DNA from: Candidatus Latescibacterota bacterium
Lineage (GTDB): Bacteria > Latescibacterota > UBA2968
Direction: 5' to 3'
Assembly: GCA_965222605.1 (NCBI GenBank)
Contig: OZ244960.1
Location: 2,848,001 to 2,912,000, forward strand
DNA: 64,000 nucleotides
The notes beneath the pieces were generated by a model, which was given only the letters and a program-made list of their open reading frames with translations, was not told the DNA's origin and made no database searches. Below are positions 43,257 through 54,292 of the stretch, one piece after another. Made by a program: the position numbers and the translations under genes. Every line of letters starts with the position of its first letter. Within the stretch, counting starts at the first letter, position 1.

Positions 43257-44984
43257 TTAATATTCTCGACACCGATTCGTAATAGGCAATCGCCTATCGC
43301 GACCGAATGCGCGGGGTGTAATCTTGATACCTGGCGGTGCCTGGCGGCGTTTGTATTCGTTGATATCTACCGTGCGGATAACCCGCGTGACGAGTTCCTC
43401 GTCATAGCCCAGCGCGATAATATCTTGCAAACTCGCATCGTCCTCCACATACGCTTTGAGAATCGGATCCAGCACCGGATAAGGAGGCAAGCTATCCGTA
43501 TCTTTCTGATCATCGCGCAACTCAGCCGTAGGAGGTCGCTCGATAATCGAAACGGGAATAACGGGATGATCAGACAGACCATTGCGATAATGCGCCAGAT
43601 CATAAACAAGCGTCTTGTAAATATCTTTAATAACCGCAAACCCACCAGCCATATCCCCGTAAAGCGTGGCATAGCCCATACTCAACTCGCTCTTATTCCC
43701 CGGCGCAAGCACGAGCGCGCGGAACTTATTGGCAAGCGCCATCAGCAAAGTCCCCCGAACACGCGGCTGGATATTCTCCTCCGCAGTATCAGAAGGCAAA
43801 TCGCCAAACTCGTCGGCAAGAAGACCCAGATATTGGTCGAACAACGCCTGAATCGGCAACGTCAGAATGCGAATATCGAGATTGCCCGCCATCTGCAGGG
43901 CGTCATTAAACGTGCCCTCTGACGAATACTGGGTAGGCATCGTCACACACACCACATTCTCTCTCCCCAGCGCATCGTGGGCAACAGCCGTGACAAGCGC
44001 CGAGTCAATCCCGCCGGACAACCCGATGAAAACCTTCTCAAATCCATTCTTCAAAACATAGTCGCGCGTACCCAGAACAAGCGCATCGTAAATATTTTTG
44101 AGGCGCTCATCTGGACGAGGAAAATCTGGTCTCTCAGGCGGAGAAAGACATACAGATTTGGGTTTCAGATCGGGCAGATCAATAGCGATAGGAGAAGAAA
44201 CATCGCGTTTTTCCTTGCGCCGACGCGAATCGTGCAGGCGGTTGCGAAAAACAGCCTCAACATCAACATCCGCCACCAGCAGGTCTTCCTCAAACCGGGG
44301 CGCCCGCGCAATAACGCGTCCTTCTTGATCGACAATCAGGCTACCCCCATCAAAAATCAATTCATCCTGCCCACCGACGAGATTGCAAAAAGCGAGAACA
44401 GCGCTGTTATCAGTCGCACGCGTAGCAATCATCTGCTCGCGCAACAACTCTTTGCCATCGTGGAAAGGTGAGGAGGAAATATTGATAAGCACCTCGGCAT
44501 CGCCGGCAAGTGCTTGCTCCCTGGCGGGACCGCCGGGATACCAGATATCCTCGCAGATCGTAACCCCAAAAGAAACCCCATTGAGGCGGTACACACCCGA
44601 GGTCTTGCCAGATTGGAAATAGCGGTCTTCGTCAAAGACGCCGTAATTGGGCAAATAGGTCTTGTGATAAACATCGATCAAGTGCCCGTCGCAAGCAATA
44701 GCTGCGGCATTGTAGATATCGTCGTGACGATCCACAAATCCGAAAATTGCAGCAACACCCTGCGTCGCCCGAACGAGTTCGTCCAGCACACTGAGGTTGG
44801 ATTGGATAAACCGGGGCTTAAAAAGCAAATCTTCGGGCGGATAGCCCGGAATCGCGAGCTCGGGAAAAACAACAATATGCGCCCCCAAATCGCGTGCTCT
44901 GTGAATATGGTCGAGAATTTTATCACGGTTGCCCGCAAGATCACCTACGGTGACATTGATTTGCGATAGGGCAAGGCGAATCAC
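43257..44984 (-). CDS. nadE: Glutamine-dependent NAD+ synthetase
   Basis: VVFPEL, GYPPEDL, LPNYGVFDE, ICEDIW, GLSGGIDS, NKSE, GYATLYGD, EYKRRQ. Confidence 0.97.
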   Translation of the reverse strand: MIRLALSQINVTVGDLAGNRDKILDHIHRARDLGAHIVVFPELAIPGYPPEDLLFKPRFIQSNLSVLDELVRATQGVAAIFGFVDRHDDIYNAAAIACDGHLIDVYHKTYLPNYGVFDEDRYFQSGKTSGVYRLNGVSFGVTICEDIWYPGGPAREQALAGDAEVLINISSSPFHDGKELLREQMIATRATDNSAVLAFCNLVGGQDELIFDGGSLIVDQEGRVIARAPRFEEDLLVADVDVEAVFRNRLHDSRRRKEKRDVSSPIAIDLPDLKPKSVCLSPPERPDFPRPDERLKNIYDALVLGTRDYVLKNGFEKVFIGLSGGIDSALVTAVAHDALGRENVVCVTMPTQYSSEGTFNDALQMAGNLDIRILTLPIQALFDQYLGLLADEFGDLPSDTAEENIQPRVRGTLLMALANKFRALVLAPGNKSELSMGYATLYGDMAGGFAVIKDIYKTLVYDLAHYRNGLSDHPVIPVSIIERPPTAELRDDQKDTDSLPPYPVLDPILKAYVEDDASLQDIIALGYDEELVTRVIRTVDINEYKRRQAPPGIKITPRAFGRDRRLPITNRCREY

Positions 44985-44996
44985 GTGTCCGACCCT

Positions 44997-46820
44997 CTAA
45001 TAATTGGAGTAGAAGAAGTGACGGTAATCGACAATATCGGCATTCTCTCGCAAATCGGCAAACCAGGCAGTGAAAACCTCCTGGCGTTTTTGTGAAATCA
45101 CCTGCTGCAATAACGTCCCTTTTGCCGATCCTAAACCCGTTTTATCAACAGATTGTTTTTCGTCCAAACGGAAAATATAAGCCCCGCGGTCAGTTTTGAC
45201 GATCTCACTGGTCTGACCTGTTGACAAACGAAATGCCGCGCCCACAAAAGCATTGCGACTCCCCACACTGGGAACAAAGCCCGTACGCGCAAAAGGCTGC
45301 GGTGTCTGAACTGTGAGATTGAAAAATCCGGCTGCCTCTTCGAGTGATTTGCCCGTCTTGATCTGCCCCATCACCTCGGCCAACCGACCGGCTGCAACCT
45401 CGACTTTCTTTTTCGTTTTCAGACTCGCCTCAATCTGCGGTTTAACTTCGTCCAAAGGCCGAGGACCCGCCTCGCGGATTTCGCGCAAAGCAAAAACGTG
45501 GATGCCCTGGTCATTTTCATAAACACTGGAAATGTCGCCGGGAGAACCGCGCAAGAATTTGTTCACCAGACCCGACGTGCTATTGCCCAACAGTGGGAAA
45601 AAGCTACCAGCGGTAATAAACTCCGAGTCCTGACTTTGCAAATCCCTCTGATTGATAGCTGCGTCAAACCCGACATCAGCGGCTATTTCTGCAAACTCTT
45701 CGACAAGCACGCGCAAACTATCGAGCGTATCGCGCCCGGGGCGCACCTCGACGAGGATATGCCGCGCGTGAACCTCAAGGCTATCAGCCGCACCTCTCGT
45801 CTCCTCCACCTTAATAACATGCCAGCCAAACTGCGTTTTGATGGGATCGGAGATTTCCCCCGCTTTGAGCGCGAAAGCCGCATCTTCAAAAGGCTTGACC
45901 ATGCGACCCCGCCCAAAAAAGCCGAGACCACCACCGCGCGGGCCACTTGGGCCATCGGAATACGCCCTGGCGAGTTCGGCAAAATCATCACCGGCTTTGG
46001 CCTCGGCGAAAACCCGATCAATTTCGGTTTTGGCTTCGGCCTCATCGCGTGCAGTTGCCGTTTTTGGCAACGAAACAAAAGCGACGCGCACGGCGGCATC
46101 TTCCTTGTATTCGTCCCGATGGTCTTCGTAATAAGTCTGAACCTCAGCATCCGCGACCAGCGCGAGCGAGTCGGGAATGGCATTGGCATCAAACCCGATA
46201 TAAGACACGCGCACTTTTTCGTTGCGTTCGATATACGATTGCTCGATCTCCGCGTCGGTAACTTTCACCGAACCTACAATGAACGTTTCGAGTTTCTGCG
46301 AAAGCAACTGGCTTCGCGCATTCTCTTCGGCAAACAGAACAAATTGCTTCATTCGAGGATCGCTGTACGTGCTGGGATCGTCGAGAAATTGGCTATATTT
46401 AGCGGGATCAAATGTACCATCAGTCTGGAAAAATTCTTGTTGTTGTATCCACTCGGCGGGTTGTGTGCGATTGATATGGTTGACTTCAGCATCGGAAACA
46501 GCAATGCCGTATTTCTCAATTTGTTGCCCAAACAGGGTTTGCGTAACCACGCGTTCCCAGGTCTGAGAAATAATCTGGCTCACGTCGGGGTCTTGATTGC
46601 CACGCGCCTTGGCCTGCTGAAGATCATTTTGGACTTCGGCTTCAAATTGCTTCACAGAAATGTCCTGACCATTCACAGAACCGACATTGTCACCAACAGC
46701 GGCAAAACCCCGACTGCTAAAATCAGCACCCCATTCAAACACCATCAGGCCCACAAAAGAAACCGCAACAATAATCATCATAGCCTTAATAAAAGTAGCA
46801 CTACGCATTTGGGAGAGCAT
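44997..46820 (-). CDS. SurA/PpiD-like peptidyl-prolyl isomerase
   Basis: N-terminal TM, SurA_N-like region, rotamase motif [11 protein letters not shown]...GG.LGFF...FEDAAF...TQFGWHVI. Confidence 0.88.
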   Translation of the reverse strand: MLSQMRSATFIKAMMIIVAVSFVGLMVFEWGADFSSRGFAAVGDNVGSVNGQDISVKQFEAEVQNDLQQAKARGNQDPDVSQIISQTWERVVTQTLFGQQIEKYGIAVSDAEVNHINRTQPAEWIQQQEFFQTDGTFDPAKYSQFLDDPSTYSDPRMKQFVLFAEENARSQLLSQKLETFIVGSVKVTDAEIEQSYIERNEKVRVSYIGFDANAIPDSLALVADAEVQTYYEDHRDEYKEDAAVRVAFVSLPKTATARDEAEAKTEIDRVFAEAKAGDDFAELARAYSDGPSGPRGGGLGFFGRGRMVKPFEDAAFALKAGEISDPIKTQFGWHVIKVEETRGAADSLEVHARHILVEVRPGRDTLDSLRVLVEEFAEIAADVGFDAAINQRDLQSQDSEFITAGSFFPLLGNSTSGLVNKFLRGSPGDISSVYENDQGIHVFALREIREAGPRPLDEVKPQIEASLKTKKKVEVAAGRLAEVMGQIKTGKSLEEAAGFFNLTVQTPQPFARTGFVPSVGSRNAFVGAAFRLSTGQTSEIVKTDRGAYIFRLDEKQSVDKTGLGSAKGTLLQQVISQKRQEVFTAWFADLRENADIVDYRHFFYSNY

Positions 46821-47067
46821 TGAGACTTTTCCTCCAGATAGGATCAGGATAAACTTCTGTCGAAGTTGTACCCATTATACAGGATTGACAGGATTGTGCA
46901 GGATGCCAGCCAGCCACACCAGTTTTGTAATTTACTTGTTGGACTTTGTACTGGCAAGATTTTTTTCTATAAAAGCAAGCCAATCCAGTTTCTTGACGAG
47001 CGCGAGCAAAAGCCCTATACTGAGCTATTCTCTACTAACCCCTAACCACTTTTTCCTGAATTTTTTC

Positions 47068-49086
47068 ATGCTTCGCCTATCTACCATAAGTATTATCCTA
47101 TCCCTCATCATCACTGCACACGCAGAAAATTATCACTGGCCCATGGATGCCCCCCCGGCATTGACATCGACCTTTGGCGAATATCGGGGTGGGCGATTGC
47201 ACGCGGCCATCGACTTGAAAACCTGGGGCAAAGAAGGATATCCCATAACAGCAATTGCCGACGGGTACGTCTGGCGGGTTCGCACATCGCCCTGGGGATA
47301 TGGCCGGGTGGTATATGTTCAACTCGACAATGGCCAGTTCGCGCTCTGGGCGCATTTGTCGGGATTTTCCAAACGCATCGAAAAATACGTCCAGCAAGAA
47401 CAAGACCGCCGCGGAACATACAGCGTAAACCTGTATTTTCGCCTCGATCAAATCCCCGTCAAGCGCGGAGAGGTACTGGGATATTCGGGTAGCACAGGCA
47501 TTGGCGTACCGCATTTGCACTTTGAATTGCGCGACGCGAAACACCGCCCCATCAATCCCTTGCTCCATGGATTTGATATCAAAGACACGATACCCCCAAC
47601 CATACAGGCGGTCGGACTCGCGCCCTTAAACGCAGATGCACATGTCAATAGCGGACACAAACCAGTATCATATCGCCTCGCCTATCGAACACGAGAAAAG
47701 GTCTTTACACATCCCGATACCATAACAATCTGGGGTCGCATTGGTGTGGGCCTCAAAGCGTTTGACCGCGCAAATGACTCTCGGCTAACAAATCGATTGG
47801 CCCCTTATCGCATGCGACTCCTGGTAAATGGCGAAGAGATATTTCAAAAAACCTGTGGGCTGTTTGGATACGACGTAACGCGCCACGGAGAACTCGCTTA
47901 TGACTTTTTTATGAGCCGCCGCGGCCTGGGACGATTTCACAGCCTGTATCGCAAACCGGGCAATCGCCTGCCTTTTTACGGCGATTACGAAATGGGATCA
48001 GGCGTATTATTCGCGGGGACAAAGACCGACAATGCAGGGCATGAACTCTCGCCGGGCGTACATCGCCTGCAGATTATTGCCGAGGATGCGAAGGGGAATC
48101 GCGCAAAAGCAGTCGTGTTTCTGCGGGTGCGAGACACGAGCGGAACAGCTCGAACATTTGCCTCCCATAAAACCTCACCACAGCGCAACCCGAGAATAAC
48201 CAACAAAGTAACGTATTTCCCCACCTTCGCAGTTGTCCGTATCTCAACCAATCAGACACTGTCAGAAATGCCAACCGTGCGGGCACAATTTTCCAAACGG
48301 TCGATGCGATCCCTCGCGGTTCGGCAAACAGGTTTGCAAACATATCAGGTTGTCATTCCATTTGATAAAAAACACGCCGATGACATAGATGTGCAAATAG
48401 AGACAAATGGACAAAAACAAAATCTGCGGATCATCCAGAAAACCGCGACACAAGATGGCGGAGAAATGCGCTCGGATGACGGATTGGTGCGGGTGCGATT
48501 TGAGAAAGCGGGCGTTTACGAAACCCTATTTGGACGCATTGTGCCCGATAGCCTGATAAAGGATAAACGCATGGTGGGGACCGCGTTTCGGATCATGCCC
48601 GGGGATGTGGCATTCAAAGGGGCGGAGATAGCGTACATCTACCCTCCCGATCATCCCAGGATAGATAAACTCGGCATTTACAAATGGAATGGAAAAAATA
48701 GCTGGACTTTTGTCGATAAAGGACACAATTCAACACTGGGTGCTATAACGGGAAACGTGAGGAACTTTGGCGTATTTGCATTGCTTGCCGACACTGTACC
48801 CCCCAGAATTGCCAGCATAACCCCTGCCAACGGCACAGTACTCGCACAGCGCCAACCCAGAGTTGCTGCTTCCGTTTGGGATACATCTTCGGGTATTTGG
48901 CGAGAGGAGGATATGGTGATGCAAATTGATGGCAAAGCTCTAATTGTAGAATACGACCCGGAAGAAGATCGCATCTTTGCCAGACCGCGAAAACCCCTGA
49001 CGCCCGGAGCGCACAAGTTGGAAGTTATCGTGCGCGACTTATGTGGCAATGAATCGCGGCGCACCACCGCATTCAGGATACAATAG
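47068..49086 (+). CDS. M23 family metallopeptidase
   Basis: TFGEYRGGRLHAAIDLKT, WAHL, SGSTG..PHLHFELRD, INPL. ATG 47068 gives a signal peptide. Confidence 0.88.
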   Translation: MLRLSTISIILSLIITAHAENYHWPMDAPPALTSTFGEYRGGRLHAAIDLKTWGKEGYPITAIADGYVWRVRTSPWGYGRVVYVQLDNGQFALWAHLSGFSKRIEKYVQQEQDRRGTYSVNLYFRLDQIPVKRGEVLGYSGSTGIGVPHLHFELRDAKHRPINPLLHGFDIKDTIPPTIQAVGLAPLNADAHVNSGHKPVSYRLAYRTREKVFTHPDTITIWGRIGVGLKAFDRANDSRLTNRLAPYRMRLLVNGEEIFQKTCGLFGYDVTRHGELAYDFFMSRRGLGRFHSLYRKPGNRLPFYGDYEMGSGVLFAGTKTDNAGHELSPGVHRLQIIAEDAKGNRAKAVVFLRVRDTSGTARTFASHKTSPQRNPRITNKVTYFPTFAVVRISTNQTLSEMPTVRAQFSKRSMRSLAVRQTGLQTYQVVIPFDKKHADDIDVQIETNGQKQNLRIIQKTATQDGGEMRSDDGLVRVRFEKAGVYETLFGRIVPDSLIKDKRMVGTAFRIMPGDVAFKGAEIAYIYPPDHPRIDKLGIYKWNGKNSWTFVDKGHNSTLGAITGNVRNFGVFALLADTVPPRIASITPANGTVLAQRQPRVAASVWDTSSGIWREEDMVMQIDGKALIVEYDPEEDRIFARPRKPLTPGAHKLEVIVRDLCGNESRRTTAFRIQ

Positions 49087-49088
49087 CG

Positions 49089-49775
49089 ATGATGATTCCC
49101 CTCAAAGACGAACACCCTTCGGGTCAGGTCCCCGTATTGATGATCGGCATTTTGCTGAGCAACGTGGGCATATTTGTGTACGCGTGGTTGTTAGGCGACA
49201 TCGGATCTCATGTATTTAGCGCGCGGTATGGGGCAATTCCCTTTGAGATCATACACGGCGTTGACGCAATTTCCCCCACCCCCATCCCGATATATCTCAC
49301 GCTGTTGTCGTCGATGTTTATGCACGGTGGCATATTACATCTGGGCGGCAATATGCTGTATTTGTGGATCTTTGGGAACAATATAGAAGCCGCGCTGGGA
49401 CCTGCGCGGTTCTTATTTTTTTATTTATTCTGCGGCGTAATTGCAACGCTGGCACATGTGATTTCCGAACCGGAATCCACCATACCAATGGTGGGTGCCA
49501 GTGGTGCGATAGCGGGGATTTTGGGAGGCTATTTGGCGGCATTTCCCGGCACGCGAATTTTAGTACTGGTATTTTATTTCATCCTTCGCGTACCAGCACT
49601 GATCGTACTCGGTGGATGGTTTGTCATTCAGTTGCTCAACGCCTCAAGTGCCAGCGGCACAAACGACGTCGCGTGGTTCGCCCACATTGCCGGATTTATC
49701 GTGGGCTATATACTGATGCACCAATGGAAGAACAAGATCCCGGCCAAAAGAGTATATGAGCAGTGGGAATATTAA
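49089..49775 (+). CDS. Rhomboid family intramembrane serine protease
   Basis: SMFMHGG..HLGGNM, GASGAI, VAWFAHIAGF. Confidence 0.93.
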   Translation: MMIPLKDEHPSGQVPVLMIGILLSNVGIFVYAWLLGDIGSHVFSARYGAIPFEIIHGVDAISPTPIPIYLTLLSSMFMHGGILHLGGNMLYLWIFGNNIEAALGPARFLFFYLFCGVIATLAHVISEPESTIPMVGASGAIAGILGGYLAAFPGTRILVLVFYFILRVPALIVLGGWFVIQLLNASSASGTNDVAWFAHIAGFIVGYILMHQWKNKIPAKRVYEQWEY

Positions 49776-49794
49776 AAGCGGTAAGAGGTTAGCG

Positions 49795-49832
49795 AAAAAA
49801 AGGGGCGTGCTCTGTTTTCGGGCACACCTCTT
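49795..49832 (-). terminator. Intrinsic terminator between convergent genes
   Basis: Minus strand AAGAGGTGTGCCC-GAAAACAG-AGCACGCCCC-TTTTTTT. Confidence 0.7.
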
Positions 49833-49956
49833 GTCGTAATAGCGGGTCCAGCTCAATTATTGCGACAGTGTAGCAACAATTTCTCCTTCATTCGGCAGTC
49901 AATTGTCGTATCACTGATACGACAATCTCCTTTCCGTATTCAGCTCTCTTTATTTT

Positions 49957-52326
49957 TTAAGGCATAATAGATCCCACGCTATCTGCTTCTCTCGGCGTCG
50001 TCCCCCATTTCCATCTGTCTATAATCGCGTGTATATCTTCGGGATTTTCTATTGGCGGACCGAGGCGGAGCAGGTTTTCAAGAGCAGAAACAGCGCGAGT
50101 CACATCACCCGACTCGTAAAAATAGAGAGCCAGTTCGCGATAGTGTTGGCCAACGGGTTGCCATGTCTCCGGGAAATCGAGCGCGTAGGGAGGCACGCGT
50201 TTTTCAACCTCGGCGAGAACATCATACGCCTCCTCGTGCATACCCAATCGAATATAGGCGCGTACAAGCCCATCAAAAAGAATCAAATAATTGCTGAGCA
50301 GACGGCGAGCAACCGGGTCTTTGTGAACCGTACTATCCGCAACACCGGTGTACCGATAAACATCGAGCAAATTGCGTTTGATCTTTTCTTCCTCAAACTG
50401 CTCGTATCCACGGGTCTCAACCAGTTTATACGCCATACCCTCCATAGACAAATAGGGCTTCAAACCCGCCATATTGATATCGGGCACGGTCACGGCAAAA
50501 TAAATGGGCCGCTTTTCCCAGTTGTGTTTCACAACGCGCCATATCATTAAAGAGTGGGGCTCCAGAACGGGCACCGTCTCTCTACCTCTGCCCGTAGGAT
50601 ACTCGGCTATGGGGATATCCCCCGCCTCAAGTTTAAGACCTGCTACTTCTATGCCTCTGTCGTATTCCCATTGAAAGCCCCCCAGCGCCTCATCAATCTC
50701 ATCATCCTCAAGACCAACTTCAATACCGAGTCTTTTCAGTTGTTTAATGTACCACGAAGTCTTGATCAGACTGAGATTCACAATTTGAATATCGTTTCGC
50801 ACGCCCTCAACGCCCTGCAAAAACCACAAAGGATACGTGTCGTTATCCCCATTGGTAAACAAAATGGCGTTTTCGTCACAGGTTGCCATAATATTATAGG
50901 CATAATCATAAGGCACAAAGTCGCCCGTGCGATCGTGTACGTGATAATTTTCGACCAGAATACCTGCTGGCACCAGAAGCATGAGAGCCGCCGCGAGAAT
51001 TGCCAGCGATTTGTTTTGCATCCAGGCAATAAGACCCGCTGCACCAATGCCCATCCATATACCGAAAAATGTATAAGCCCCCACAAAGATATATTCGCGC
51101 TCGCGGGGTTCGGGATCGGGCATATTGAGATAGAGCACGAGCCCCACGCCCATCAGGGCAAACATGGCAAAAAGGGAAGCAAAGCGTTTCCAATCCTTAC
51201 GCAGGTGATACACGGCACCGCCGATGCCGAGCGCGAGTGTGATCAGAGAATAGTGAATGATCTCATATCGACCCATATAAACATCTACGGCGCGGCGAAA
51301 ATATGCGGAAATACCATCGAAAAACGGAAATTGCTGGAGAAAATATTTGATATGAATATTAAACTGAAACGCCCAGGGTTCGGCGCGGCGAGGAAAAACA
51401 AAGTGGATTCCGTATTGCTGACGCCCCATAAACGCTTTGAAATTTTCCCAGGTCTCGGGATCGTTCATATCAATCATGGGATTGAGACCCGACCGAATAA
51501 AAAGGGCGAAATACGTGGAAAAACCCAGCGCTCCGATGATAATTCCCAAAAGCCAGAATTGGGGATTGCGCCACTCAGGTCTCAAGATGAGCAACCCAAT
51601 GACGACAACACCCGTCAGGAGTGCAGCGACCTCAATGGGAAAAACAATAGACAAAAACGGATAGAGGGTGAGACCGACGACCACGAGCACCTGATGCTTG
51701 AGCGGTCGATCTTCCATCAAATCGGTAAAAAGCAGAATGAGAATGCCGGGAATGGTGAGCAAACACTGAAGATGTACACCCGCGCCAAGCCCAAAAAGAT
51801 AGGCAATAAAGAGCAAAAGACGATCGCTATTGTGGTCTTTGTGCGCGTCATCCCAGCGCAGAGCCACCCATACCGCCAGCATGGTAATACACATCGACAG
51901 GCCATAAACTTCGGCTTCTATGGCATTATTCCAAAAAGAAAAAGAGAAAGCCGTGCTGAGGGAAGCAACCACACCACCGACAAAGATGGCGAGTTGTTGG
52001 ACAGTATTATCGCGGTCGAGCCAGGTGGAGAGCAAACGGACAGTACACAAATAGATGAGAACCACTGTGGCAATACCAGCAGCAGCCGACAGGAGATTCA
52101 CGCGAAAAGCGATTTCCCCAAATGGCAACATGGAAAAGATACGCCCCAGCAAGGTATAAAACGGCGCGCCGGGGGGATGGGGAATGCCCAGAGTATAAGC
52201 AGTGGTAATAAACTCGCCACAGTCCCAAAATGCAACAGTAGGTGCCAGTGTTGAGAGATAGATAATAGTCGTGACAAAAAATACCAGACCAGCGACGATC
52301 TTGTTGCGCTGTCCAAATCCGTTCAT
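49957..52326 (-). CDS. DUF2723 / TMEM260-like membrane glycosyltransferase
   Basis: WDCGEF, HPPGAP, EAEVY, PREREY, LFTNGDNDTYPLW. Confidence 0.85.
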   Translation of the reverse strand: MNGFGQRNKIVAGLVFFVTTIIYLSTLAPTVAFWDCGEFITTAYTLGIPHPPGAPFYTLLGRIFSMLPFGEIAFRVNLLSAAAGIATVVLIYLCTVRLLSTWLDRDNTVQQLAIFVGGVVASLSTAFSFSFWNNAIEAEVYGLSMCITMLAVWVALRWDDAHKDHNSDRLLLFIAYLFGLGAGVHLQCLLTIPGILILLFTDLMEDRPLKHQVLVVVGLTLYPFLSIVFPIEVAALLTGVVVIGLLILRPEWRNPQFWLLGIIIGALGFSTYFALFIRSGLNPMIDMNDPETWENFKAFMGRQQYGIHFVFPRRAEPWAFQFNIHIKYFLQQFPFFDGISAYFRRAVDVYMGRYEIIHYSLITLALGIGGAVYHLRKDWKRFASLFAMFALMGVGLVLYLNMPDPEPREREYIFVGAYTFFGIWMGIGAAGLIAWMQNKSLAILAAALMLLVPAGILVENYHVHDRTGDFVPYDYAYNIMATCDENAILFTNGDNDTYPLWFLQGVEGVRNDIQIVNLSLIKTSWYIKQLKRLGIEVGLEDDEIDEALGGFQWEYDRGIEVAGLKLEAGDIPIAEYPTGRGRETVPVLEPHSLMIWRVVKHNWEKRPIYFAVTVPDINMAGLKPYLSMEGMAYKLVETRGYEQFEEEKIKRNLLDVYRYTGVADSTVHKDPVARRLLSNYLILFDGLVRAYIRLGMHEEAYDVLAEVEKRVPPYALDFPETWQPVGQHYRELALYFYESGDVTRAVSALENLLRLGPPIENPEDIHAIIDRWKWGTTPREADSVGSIMP

Positions 52327-52353
52327 AAGGTTTCTACTCGCAAGTATGGGTTC

Positions 52354-53004
52354 TCACTCCGGAAGATCTTCGGGACGCTCAATTTCAATATCGACAAATG
52401 TGCCATCAACTCGGGCCGTAACATAAAAAACTTCATCGCCCCGCAAGACCCATACTGCGCTACCTGTACCGTGCATAAGAACGGGTTCAGAGGGACCATA
52501 GTCATTGGGAGGCAGGTCTTCTGGTCCATAAATCTGCACATTCCCATACGAGGGATCCCATTTCAAAAAAAAGAGACTATCGCCCTTCAAAACCCAGACT
52601 CTGCTCCCGCCGCCAGCCATCATAACCGGTTCGGATCCTTCTGAATCCGGAAGTTCTTCAGGACGTTCTACTTCCATCCTGACAAATGTGCCTTCGCGTT
52701 TTGCAACGACAAAATAGACATCGTCGCCCCGCAGTATCCAGGCGAAATCGCCTGTACTTTGCATGAGCAGGGTCTCTCTGATCTCCTCGCTACCGATTTC
52801 CTGGGGACCATAAATCTGCGCTTGTTCAAATTCCCTATCCCACTTTAGATAGTAAATTTTATTCCCCTTCAAAATCCAGGTTGTCACTCCGCTACCGCCG
52901 ATCATCGCGGGTTCTGGCGCTTCTTCATCCTGCGCAAAAACAGACGCGGGTTTAGAAAGTAAAAACAGAGCAAGGAGTACGTAGATAAAACGCCGATTAG
53001 ACAT
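52354..53004 (-). CDS. Hypothetical secreted protein with an ABAB internal repeat
   Basis: Signal peptide, RBS GGAGG, four units of about 43 aa each containing W[IV]L[KR]G[ND]. Confidence 0.7.
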   Translation of the reverse strand: MSNRRFIYVLLALFLLSKPASVFAQDEEAPEPAMIGGSGVTTWILKGNKIYYLKWDREFEQAQIYGPQEIGSEEIRETLLMQSTGDFAWILRGDDVYFVVAKREGTFVRMEVERPEELPDSEGSEPVMMAGGGSRVWVLKGDSLFFLKWDPSYGNVQIYGPEDLPPNDYGPSEPVLMHGTGSAVWVLRGDEVFYVTARVDGTFVDIEIERPEDLPE

Positions 53005-53081
53005 GTGTGGTCCTCCGGGTTGAGTTAAAGAATAAATTTTTTTAGACGGACAAATGTATGGGTTATGGAAGAAACAGTCAA

Positions 53082-53132
53082 GTAGGGGACGGTCCCTGTG
53101 CCGTCCTGTAGCGGACGTCCCTGTGCCGTCTC
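53082..53132. repeat. GTAG-type REP-like doublet
   Basis: GTAGGGGACGGTCCCTGTGCCGTCC followed by GTAGCGGACGTCCCTGTGCCGTC. Confidence 0.6.
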
Positions 53133-53173
53133 ATTATTAACTATACACGCGAGCAAAGTAAAAGTTTTAAATA

Positions 53174-53216
53174 AAAAAGAATAGGCCACATCGGGCGAAC
53201 CCGTTTGTGGCCTATT
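53174..53216 (-). terminator. Terminator of the sigma factor gene
   Basis: AATAGGCCACA...TGTGGCCTATT hairpin followed on the minus strand by a T run. Confidence 0.75.
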
Positions 53217-53232
53217 GGGATAGCGGTCCGTG

Positions 53233-54090
53233 TTAATGCAAATAAGATTTCAGCGGACGGCTGCGCGAGGTATGTCGCAATCGCCGAAGTGCTTTCTCTT
53301 TAATCTGACGCACGCGCTCTCGAGTCAATCCAAAACGTTCACCAATTTCTTCGAGGGTAAGTGGCTGTTCGCGATTGATGCCAAAATAAAGTGTAATGAC
53401 TTCGGCTTCACGAGGGGTAAGGGTAGCGAGGGCTTTTTCTATTTCTCGTCTGAGTGCATCATCGAGAAGTGGATCGTCGGGTGGGGGTTGCATGCCATCG
53501 TCAAGCACATCGAGCAGGTTGTTGTCTTCGCCATCTTTAAATGGCGCATCCAGAGAAAGATGCCGGCTCGAAATTTTGAGCGTATCGCGCACTTCGAAAT
53601 CATTCATGCCGAGTTCATCGGCAATTTCACCCGGGCTGGGTTCGCGTCCATACTCCTGTTCGAGACCACTCGATGCCTTGCCGATTTTGTGGAGCGCGCC
53701 AACGCGATTTAGCGGCAAGCGAACAATGCGAGATTGCTCGGCCAGAGCCTGTAAAATCGCCTGTCGGATCCACCACACGGCATAAGAAATAAATTTGAAA
53801 CCCTTAGTTTCATCAAAACGCTTGGCGGCTTTGATGAGTCCAAGATTCCCTTCGTTGATCAGGTCACCCATCGAAAGGCCCTGATTCTGGTATTGTTTGG
53901 CGACGCTTACCACAAATCTCAGGTTGGCTGTGGTCAATTCTTCCAGGGCTCCTTGATCGCCCTTTTTTATTCGTTTGGCCAGCACGACTTCCTGATCTGC
54001 CGTAAGCAACGCGACTTCGCCTATTTCCTGCAAATACTGATCCAGTGATTCGTCTTCACGAGCATAAGGTCTTTTAGATAGTCTTGGCAC
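53233..54090 (-). CDS. rpoD: RNA polymerase sigma70 factor, RpoD/SigA family (no region 1.1)
   Basis: [50 protein letters not shown]. Probable GTG start at 54090 after GGAGAGG. Confidence 0.85.
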   Translation of the reverse strand: MPRLSKRPYAREDESLDQYLQEIGEVALLTADQEVVLAKRIKKGDQGALEELTTANLRFVVSVAKQYQNQGLSMGDLINEGNLGLIKAAKRFDETKGFKFISYAVWWIRQAILQALAEQSRIVRLPLNRVGALHKIGKASSGLEQEYGREPSPGEIADELGMNDFEVRDTLKISSRHLSLDAPFKDGEDNNLLDVLDDGMQPPPDDPLLDDALRREIEKALATLTPREAEVITLYFGINREQPLTLEEIGERFGLTRERVRQIKEKALRRLRHTSRSRPLKSYLH

Positions 54091-54292
54091 TTCGTCAACC
54101 TCTCCTTCTTTGCACAGGGGATTTGCGCAGGTAGATGACTCCTGCAAGGATAAAGGACAAAGGTCTAAGAAAACAACAAAGGGAGAATTTTACATGAATA
54201 CCTCCTGTCTTTACCCGATTATCAGTGCCAAATCCCTTCCCTTTCTCGACACTGTGACGGGCCTTAACTTCTGGGGTGGGGTGCAGAAGTTT

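Noticed and set aside
46879-46905. ACAGGATTG short repeats as an operator
   Set aside because: Only two perfect copies and a degenerate third; cannot be distinguished from a common short intergenic repeat.
46687-47067. Extended N-termini in the ORF track (M23 peptidase; also 57229, 8114, 2465, 22058, 54844)
   Set aside because: They overlap neighbouring genes or repeats. Downstream starts give better RBS, signal peptides or family-typical N-termini.
45498-52254. Long antisense ORFs (441 aa at 45498, 566 aa at 50554) and similar shadow ORFs elsewhere
   Set aside because: They lie opposite well-supported genes and show no recognisable motifs.
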